Of a DNA stretch of 64,000 nt, positions 20,776 through 27,238 are shown piece by piece. The DNA is from a virus (lineage: Duplodnaviria; Caudoviricetes): IMG/VR virus record IMGVR_UViG_3300026522_000021, one strand, 5' to 3'. The notes under the pieces were generated by a model, which saw only the letters and a program-made list of their open reading frames with translations, was not told the DNA's origin and made no database searches. Made by a program: the position numbers and the translations under genes. Each line of letters begins with the position of its first letter. The stretch's first letter is position 1.

Positions 20776-21177
20776 TGTGTGCCTCCTTTGTGTATGTGTT
20801 TTACTATCTATGATTATACTCGGATTTTCTGGCTTGTCAATACTTATCTTGAATTATTTTTAAATTTTTAAAACGGCGATTTTCTGCCACTGGCAGCGAT
20901 CCGCTCCAGCTGCTCGGCGATAATCTTATGTTTTTGAAAATTCAAATTTTCTGCGCCTGATCCATCGACCGATACAGAAAATTGTAATTCTTAAAAACTA
21001 TGATCCTGTTATTATTGTTTTGGAAAACTCCGATAATCTGCACGGCGATCCGCAAAAAGATTTAATTTTTGAAAACGCGATTTTTCTGTTTCTATGCTGT
21101 CGCGCCGATGCGATCCGCACACAAAAGAAAACAGGCGATTGCTCGCCTGTTCTGTATCGTGTTATCTTGTATTGCTT

Positions 21178-21486
21178 TTAGAAAAATCTGCTGTTGCTCT
21201 CGCAAACCTCGATAGCGACTGACTCTTGATTGAGTGCTACCTTTGCCATGCTCGCCGCCTTCTCGATTGTCGCCTGATCCGATCCGTAAATCACGCATAC
21301 CAGTGTCGGCTCGATTACGACTGTACCATCATCATGTGTGTAAACTCCAGTTCCCTCGGTGATTGTCGCGCCGCCTGTTGTCTGTGCGAAAATGTTAGCT
21401 GCGATCTTGAACGCGTCAATCGTTGTGATTTCCTGATGCTTTGTGTCCTGATCCAGAAGTCCGATGCAGATTGTTGTCTTTGTCAT
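21178..21486 (-). CDS. DUF3574-like small protein
   Basis: IGLLDQDTK...GGATITEGTGVYTHDDGTVVIE...ALNQESV. Confidence 0.6.
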   Translation of the reverse strand: MTKTTICIGLLDQDTKHQEITTIDAFKIAANIFAQTTGGATITEGTGVYTHDDGTVVIEPTLVCVIYGSDQATIEKAASMAKVALNQESVAIEVCESNSRFF

Positions 21487-21515
21487 GATAATTACCTCCA
21501 TGTGTTTGATGTGTG

Positions 21516-22268
21516 TTTGTGTATTTCATTTACTGATTGTATGATAACTCCATGCCTTCACTTTGTCAATAGGTTTTTCAAAAATTTTTTTGAATTATTT
21601 TTTACCTGTCGCGATCCGCTCCCACTGGCAGAAAATCATGATTTTCTGTATATATCAATGCAAATTTTCCATATATTCCAAAACTAAATTTTCCATTGTA
21701 CATATATACATATAATCTATGTTTTTGAAAATTAAGATTTTCTGTTAGAGAAAACCAGAGGGAAAACAAATATTCCGCGTTTTGAAAAACATTGATCCGT
21801 TGCGCTGGCAGATTTTCAGATTTTCCAGACAAAAAAAAGGAACGCCTCTCGGCGCTCCCTTCGGATTTTCCGTTATGCTGTCGCGATTGCGTCCACCTGT
21901 GCCATTGTGAAGAATGCCGCGACTTTCATAAAACATTTTCCAGTTTCGATTGTTTCGCCCGACTCCTCATCTGTATGAGTTTTTCCGCGATACTTCCAGA
22001 CCTGAATTTTGATCTCGGATTTTTCCCCTCGTCGAACCTGATAACCAAGCTCTTTCCATTTTGCGTATGTGTGGATTGCTTCGGGAATTTCCAGCTGCTT
22101 TTTTCCATCCTGAGTCTCGACTTCGATAAATTTTCCTGTCCCTTTGAGCTTGCCTTCTTCCATAAGCTTTACGGACTCCATAAGGATAATCATTGCGTTT
22201 GTCATTGAAATTTTCCTCCTTTGTTTGTGTGCTTTGTGTATTTCATTTACTGATTGCATGATAACTCC
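21516..22268. repeat. 36-bp direct repeat (1 mismatch) covering -10 and leader of two adjacent cassettes
   Basis: tttgtgtatttcatttactgattg(t/c)atgataactcc at 21516-21551 and 22233-22268. Confidence 0.9.
21873..22205 (-). CDS. ArdC N-terminal-like ssDNA-binding domain protein
   Basis: HTYAKWKELGYQVRRGEKS...FFTMAQV. Confidence 0.75.
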   Translation of the reverse strand: MTNAMIILMESVKLMEEGKLKGTGKFIEVETQDGKKQLEIPEAIHTYAKWKELGYQVRRGEKSEIKIQVWKYRGKTHTDEESGETIETGKCFMKVAAFFTMAQVDAIATA

Positions 22269-22400
22269 GATTTTCCGCGCTGTCAAGTATTATTTTGATT
22301 TATTTTTAAATTTTCCGAATGAAATTTTCCATATAATCATGATCTGAATGAAATTTTCCAATATACAATAAAAACATCATTTTATTAGAGATTTTCCAAT

Positions 22401-22427
22401 ATAAACATACTATATTAGTATGTTTAT
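22401..22427. promoter_or_regulatory. perfect palindrome, Rrf2 (IscR/CymR)-like operator
   Basis: ATAAACATACT-ATATT-AGTATGTTTAT; near-identical copy at 25477-25499. The family assignment is by resemblance only. Confidence 0.5.
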
Positions 22428-22439
22428 TATGATCGGCGC

Positions 22440-23200
22440 TTGCAAATCTTCCAGACTGGCAAACCAAAAGGATAATTTTCCAATATCGCGATTTTTTGCG
22501 GATGCTCGGCGAGTGATCCGTTTTAATTTTCCAAAAATGCAAAAATCTGTTTTTTCCAGCTGCGAGCAATTGCAATTTTCCGTATTTTTCCAAAACTAAA
22601 TCTTCCAGATGATCTCGGCGCGATAATTGGCAATTTTCCAAAACCAAAACAGGAAAACGGCATTTTCCAAAACAACGCGCAGTAATGCAGAAAAGCGATG
22701 ATTTCAAAAACCAAAAGGGAAAACGGCAGAACAGGCAGAAAAGAATGGTTTTAGAAAACAATGCGCTCGCACTGGCGCAGAAAATCATGGTATTTGAAAA
22801 CTATTCATGATCGGCAGCACTGGCGCGATAAATGCGGATTTTGGAAAACAAAAAGGATCTCGGCGCGGCGATAAAGTGAAGTATTGGAAAACTATAATAC
22901 TCGCGGCAGATACGGCAGAAAATGCGCGTTTTGGAAAACGACAGGAACGCGGATGATTGTTTTTGAAAATCGGGAAAAGCTGCGATGATCGGCGCGAAAA
23001 AGGATTGTTTTTGAAAACGCGGAAAAATTGCGGAGCGCTCGGCGAGTGATTGCAAAAAAAATCGACGTTTTGCAAAACTATGGAATATCGCGGAACTGGA
23101 CAGGATCGGCAGCAAAAAAGCGCGTTTTTGAAAAACCAAAACAGGCATCAGAGCAGAAAAACGGAGTTTTGAAAAACATCGGAAAAGCGCGGACGGTCAG
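22440..23200. repeat. non-coding lattice of TTTT-N1-2-AAAA motifs interleaved with GC-rich words (GCAGAAAA, CGCGG, GATCGG)
   Basis: About 15 exact or near copies by eye at roughly 30-55 bp spacing; the same motif fills the inter-cassette spacers from 4.4 kb onward. Confidence 0.8.
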
Positions 23201-23262
23201 GAGTTTAGTGGAGTAAAGCGGTAAAGTGCGACAGGCAAAAAGAAAACAGGGCTTGCGCCCTG

Positions 23263-23433
23263 TTATTTCTCATGTTTTAGATGATATTCTATTGTGCGGA
23301 TCATGTTTTTGGCTTGATATTCTGATATTCCTACAATCTCCGCCGTTTTTTTGATTGATAAACCCTGTTCAAACCTTGCGCGATATACTGCGGAATAAAC
23401 AGGATGAAATTTAGTATAATAGTCTGGTAACAT
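23263..23433 (-). CDS. 56-aa sigma-70 region-4-like HTH protein (not in ORF track)
   Basis: MLPDYYTKFHPVYSAVYRARFEQGLSIKKTAEIVGISEYQAKNMIRTIEYHLKHEK; GGAGGGAG RBS; terminator overlaps the stop. Confidence 0.65.
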   Translation of the reverse strand: MLPDYYTKFHPVYSAVYRARFEQGLSIKKTAEIVGISEYQAKNMIRTIEYHLKHEK

Positions 23434-23526
23434 AGTCTCCCTCCATAGTTTTTGAAAATTTGATTTTTTGTTTTCGGAATACAGGAGGAGGCTCTCGCCT
23501 CTCTCCTTGTATTGTGTTATCTTGTA

Positions 23527-24393
23527 TTATTCATTGATCGCCTTTTCGAATGCTGCAACGATCTTTTTCGCGGCTACCTGTGCTTTATGCTTTCTGTACT
23601 CGGTGATGTTGTTGTATCTGCTGGTATCGAATGTGCTGTCGTTGAAATGTGCTACAAAGTTGTTCATGACGATCTCGGTGACTTTCGTTGCGAACTTTGC
23701 CATTTTCATGTACTGTTTGCTGTTCTGGAATTTTGCCATTCTGAATTCAAGCGTCATGCTGTGCTGTGTGTTTATGAAATTGGTATGGGATGTTGCATCG
23801 GTGTATTCGTTGATGCTTCTCGCCCAGCAATCACCCTCGCTGTTGTACTCGTCAATGCCGCGCCCGAAAAGCTTTCTCGTTGCTTCATCGTTTGCTTTCA
23901 TCGCCTCGGACAGTGGAAGAAACAGGCTGTGATAGAAACGGCGGATGTATCCGATTGTCTCGCTGTTCAGATCTCTATGCCCTACATGGAAGTGACTTCC
24001 TGCTGTCGATCCGATCTCCATGTCACCGTCTGCAATCAGACGATCCATCACTTTCCAAAGATGGGAAAAGCTCTTGAGGCTGTTTTCGATTGCGCTCTTG
24101 TATTCAACGTCAACCGTGCAATCTGCTGTAGGAAGCATCCCATACTCGTAAAGCTCGCTCCGCGCTTTAGCGTTGCTGTATGTTGTCTCGTTCTCCATGC
24201 CGTAAGTGAACGGATGAACGGTATCAGCTCCGCGCTGCTCGTTGTTCTTTGTTGTGTATCCGTGCATCTCGCTGTTGCAACGCTCGCAGATATAAGCTCC
24301 GCGCTGTCCGCGATTGTTCTTCTCGACTCTGTGCATGATGGAAATGTGACCGACTGCTCCGCATCTCGTGCATGTAACTGTTGTTCTTGCCAT
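23527..24393 (-). CDS. putative amidoligase (COOH-NH2 ligase, Amidoligase_2-like) with N-terminal zinc ribbon
   Basis: YGMENET, DCTV.VEYKS, AGSHFHVG and TLEFRM motifs; AAGGAG RBS before ATG 24393. Confidence 0.8.
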   Translation of the reverse strand: MARTTVTCTRCGAVGHISIMHRVEKNNRGQRGAYICERCNSEMHGYTTKNNEQRGADTVHPFTYGMENETTYSNAKARSELYEYGMLPTADCTVDVEYKSAIENSLKSFSHLWKVMDRLIADGDMEIGSTAGSHFHVGHRDLNSETIGYIRRFYHSLFLPLSEAMKANDEATRKLFGRGIDEYNSEGDCWARSINEYTDATSHTNFINTQHSMTLEFRMAKFQNSKQYMKMAKFATKVTEIVMNNFVAHFNDSTFDTSRYNNITEYRKHKAQVAAKKIVAAFEKAINE

Positions 24394-24775
24394 GATTTTG
24401 TTCTCCTTTTCGTTCGATGTGCTTGTGTGTTTGTTTTGTGTATGTGGTTTATTAGGTTCTGTCAATACAATAGCACCGTTAATAGATATTGTCAAGCATT
24501 ATTTTGCATTTTTTAAAAATTATTTTTTTCTGTCATTCTGGACAGGGAAAACAGAAAAAGACTTTTTTCTTTTCCCTTATATAGAAGAAACACAAACAAA
24601 AAACATGCTCCGATCTCCGCTCGGCGCGGCATTTTTTAGGGTAAAAAAGAGCCAAAAACCGCGTAAAATCAAGGCTTTTCGGCGTTTTGAGTCTCCTCCT
24701 GTTTTCCGCTGATTTTTCGATTGATTTTTACGGCTTATTAAGTTTTGCAAAACATGGATTTTTTGCGGAATATCG

Positions 24776-25013
24776 CTTTAATAGAGTAAAGCATGAAAGC
24801 GACAGGATCAGCACGCTTTATCACATTAAAGTGCGACAGTAAAGAAGGCAGATGATAGGTTAGATAGCACTAACCAGTATGCGCGGATCATATGGTTAGA
24901 TAATGCTAACTATCGGATGCAGCTGGACAGGTTAGAGCGCACTAACTCGGCAGTGAATACTTTATTGCTGTAAAGTGCGAAAGCTGCGGATCAGATGCTT
25001 TAACAGAGTAAAG
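24776..25013. repeat. four CTTTA-N6-TAAAG palindromes (unknown regulator site)
   Basis: 24776-24791, 24816-24831, 24960-24975 and 24998-25013; variants at ~23203, 25406-25421 and 25565-25580. Confidence 0.85.
24859..24946. repeat. three GTTAG-N6-CTAAC palindromes at an exact 36-bp period (DtxR/MntR-like metal regulator site?)
   Basis: Starts at 24859, 24895 and 24931. Confidence 0.85.
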
Positions 25014-25032
25014 TGATGAAGGAAGAAAAGCA

Positions 25033-25059
25033 TTAGCACTCTATCGCCGAGAGCGCTAA
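25033..25059. promoter_or_regulatory. CIRCE element (HrcA operator), 1 mismatch
   Basis: TTAGCACTC-TATCGCCGA-GAGCGCTAA. Confidence 0.85.
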
Positions 25060-25078
25060 ACTGGCAGACAGGATCATT

Positions 25079-25105
25079 TTAGCACTCCAGAATATCGAGT
25101 GCTAA
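25079..25105. promoter_or_regulatory. CIRCE element (HrcA operator), perfect
   Basis: TTAGCACTC-CAGAATATC-GAGTGCTAA. Confidence 0.95.
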
Positions 25106-25106
25106 T

Positions 25107-25271
25107 TGTGGAAAAATCGCGATAATTGAGTATGAATATTTATACAATTCTATGAATTGTGGATAACTTTTAAATAATGTGGATAACTTGACTGTAAATT
25201 GTGGATAACTCGGTATTTTTAGCTGATTTTGGAGGAAATTGTGGATAAAATGTGGATAACTTTGTGGAAAA
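25107..25271 (-). promoter_or_regulatory. cluster of 7 co-oriented DnaA boxes
   Basis: TTATCCACA (reverse complement) at 25158, 25178, 25200, 25240 and 25251; TTTTCCACA at 25107 and 25263. Confidence 0.92.
25131..25148. promoter_or_regulatory. ARG box-like (ArgR/AhrC) site
   Basis: TATGAATATTTATACAAT compared with the WWTGMATWWWWATKCAWW consensus. Confidence 0.55.
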
Positions 25272-25476
25272 AATTTTTTGTCGAAAATGCACAAAAACGC
25301 AAAAAATCCCAATTTTTAAAAACATCGAAAAAAGTCGATAAAAACGGCATTTTATTGTTTTTCAAAATTATATTTTTTTGTGCAATCCTACCAAAAATTT
25401 TAACACTTTACTCCGCTGAAGTAAGTCCGTTTTTTGTCCTTTTTCAGACTTGCCAGAAAAGACGGGGGGACAGAAT

Positions 25477-25544
25477 AAACCTACTATATTAGTATGTTTT
25501 CTATTGTCTGACAATTCGATCATTCTATACGGAATAGGGGTACA
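25477..25544. promoter_or_regulatory. adjacent Rrf2-like, GntR/FadR-like and CsoR-like palindromes
   Basis: AAACCTACTATATTAGTATGTTT (25477-25499), ATTGTCTGACAAT (25503-25515), TATACGGAATAGGGGTACA (25526-25544). Confidence 0.45.
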
Positions 25545-26036
25545 ATTTAAGTTATTGAGTGACACTTCACTCCGCTAAAGCCAGTATCGTGCCCCATCCC
25601 ACTCTTACAAAAAAATCCCAATTCCAATAAAAATTTTTTCCACACTCCCCCAATTTTTCATTTTGACTAAATCTGCCTATTAACGAAAACTTCACCGAAA
25701 AATTATTAAAGCACTAAAATAGTCAAAATCAATTCATTATCGAAGTCGCCCGAAAATCACAATCAAATTTTCTAATCATACTAAATCTGCCACTTTACAC
25801 CAATGCCATCTTCGGCAACCGAATAAATTCACCGAAGCGAAAATCGACCTTAAATATTCGAGCAGAAAAGTGTGATTTTTAAAAATTAAACATTTTAGAG
25901 AAAACGTACTGATATAGCCGATTTCATATATCTGGCGAAAAATCAGGATTAACGATCAGGAATTCAAACACATAAATTTGAGATTACCCGATTAAAATAT
26001 TTTGCCAATAAAAACGATCTGAAAATCAGTTTATAA

Positions 26037-26085
26037 ATAATGCAAAATAAGCCTTGACAATGTTTATAAAACTGTGCTACTATGT
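26037..26085 (+). promoter_or_regulatory. rightward sigma-A promoter with the conserved upstream 14-mer
   Basis: ATAATGCAAAATAA-gcc-TTGACA-N17-TACTAT with extended TG. Confidence 0.8.
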
Positions 26086-26341
26086 CAGTGTGGCAAAAGA
26101 TAGTTTCATTCTCCTGTGGTTTAATCCCACATTAGATGCAACTATTCCAACCGAACGGCACAACTATATATGTATGAACGTATAGGAATATAATCATTCT
26201 ATACTTGTATAGAGTGAATACATATATAGTTGTTACTATACAATAATATATTCTTGTATAGATTATTAATATGAGTATGCATTTTGTCCGTTGTTTAGAC
26301 GGACTATTTGCAAATCTGGTTATCAAATTGGAGGTAAAACG

Positions 26342-27046
26342 ATTGTCGGCAAAATTCCGAGAACGATAATATACAATAAAGACCTTGGCGAGAAACGTGT
26401 CCTCTTCTATCTTTATATATACTTCGCAGTATCGCGATCCAGAGAACTTATTTTAATCATAAATGAAGCGATAAAGTCAATAGGTTATCGACCAGATACA
26501 CACAAGGGAAAGATCAATGACGAGTTTGCGTCATTCATATCTCGGCTTGTGGATGGGGGATACATTAAAGTAATACGAAAGCATAAAGGGTACACCAAGT
26601 ATCAGGCGCTTCAGAAGATGGACGAAGCTCCATTCGGGATCATCAGATATGATGAATACCAGAAGATCATAAAAGGCGCGAGCAACAAAACCGCTGCTCT
26701 CCTGCTTCTGGCTTTCCTTCGTCTGAATTCTTATAAGCGGACAGATAAGAATGATAAACAACCAGAGGTTTACTTCTGCCACCTGAGTGAACTTCCGAAT
26801 AAATTAGGATTATCATCTCGCGCAGTATCATCGTCATTGAACGCGCTATCTTCTCTTGGTTTAATCCATAGTGAAGAACAGAGGCGGTATCAGGATAAAT
26901 ACGGAAACTGGCATTCAGGTGTTTATCTGTTTATCGACAAGGCGAAATATAACAACGAAGAAATAGACCAGTCATATAATTGGCAGAAAGAATTCGAGCT
27001 TGCATCAAAATGGTTGGTGCGTGAACAAGCCAAATATAATGACTAA
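26342..27046 (+). CDS. winged-HTH protein, possible replication initiator or regulator; probable ATT start
   Basis: LSELPNKLGLSSRAVSSSLNALSSLGLI HTH; GGAGGT at 26330 followed by in-frame ATT at 26342. Confidence 0.6.
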   Translation: MVGKIPRTIIYNKDLGEKRVLFYLYIYFAVSRSRELILIINEAIKSIGYRPDTHKGKINDEFASFISRLVDGGYIKVIRKHKGYTKYQALQKMDEAPFGIIRYDEYQKIIKGASNKTAALLLLAFLRLNSYKRTDKNDKQPEVYFCHLSELPNKLGLSSRAVSSSLNALSSLGLIHSEEQRRYQDKYGNWHSGVYLFIDKAKYNNEEIDQSYNWQKEFELASKWLVREQAKYND

Positions 27047-27238
27047 AATTAAAACTATATAAATAATGCAAGATAACACAAATCATTTGTTTGCCCTCCT
27101 GACGCACGCAGATGCCCCTATTTCGCGTTTAAACATACTAAGTGGATAAACTATAGGGTTCGACTTTAAAGTGTCTTAAAACGCCTTCTGGCGCGTTATA
27201 CGGCAAAGTGAAATATTATCTTGCAGGAGGTTACTACA

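Larger units (their letters stand above)
9988..23510 (-). terminator. intrinsic terminators closing individual cassettes
   Basis: GC hairpin plus U-tract on the minus strand near 9988, 10272, 11693, 12968, 14302, 16680, 17840, 18620, 19591, 21128, 21833 and 23243. Confidence 0.75.
500..24515 (-). promoter_or_regulatory. series of ~20 sigma-A-type promoters (TTGACA/TTGCAA-N17-TAnnnT with A-rich upstream element)
   Basis: -35 hexamers at 527, 3029, 4049, 6706, 8158, 9245, 9768, 11541, 12829, 14052, 15279, 16470, 17685, 18470, 19363, 20134, 20835, 21564, 22281 and 24490; all point leftwards and each precedes an RBS plus ORF. Confidence 0.85.

Noticed and set aside
22440-23200. CodY boxes as the identity of the TTTT-N-AAAA motif
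   Set aside because: Only a partial resemblance to AATTTTCWGAAAATT; no full match was noticed, so the motif is left unassigned.
22306-23216. ORFs of 60-160 aa on both strands in the motif lattice
   Set aside because: F/K/S-rich low-complexity translations produced by A/T tracts, with no RBS; treated as non-coding.
3060-24515. True integron (IntI plus attC cassettes)
   Set aside because: No attC-like GTTRRRY/RYYYAAC hairpins were seen, cassettes carry their own promoters, and the recombinase fits an SPbeta-like repressor block.
1789-24516. Long plus-strand ORFs (1789-3003, 6720-7448, 23512-24516 and others)
   Set aside because: Antisense shadows of well-supported minus-strand genes.
24655-24737. 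AACCGCGTAAAATCAA / TTGATTTTTACGGCTT inverted pair as an att or arm site
   Set aside because: Imperfect, with no core site or host junction visible; insufficient support.
24776-25271. Possible CRISPR or mini-array
   Set aside because: No constant 25-40 bp repeat with unique spacers; the units are short palindromes of several different kinds; no cas genes in the window.
24368-25565. ORFs overlapping the operator array (including YPQF/VDN repeats)
   Set aside because: The peptide repeats are translations of DnaA boxes; no RBS.
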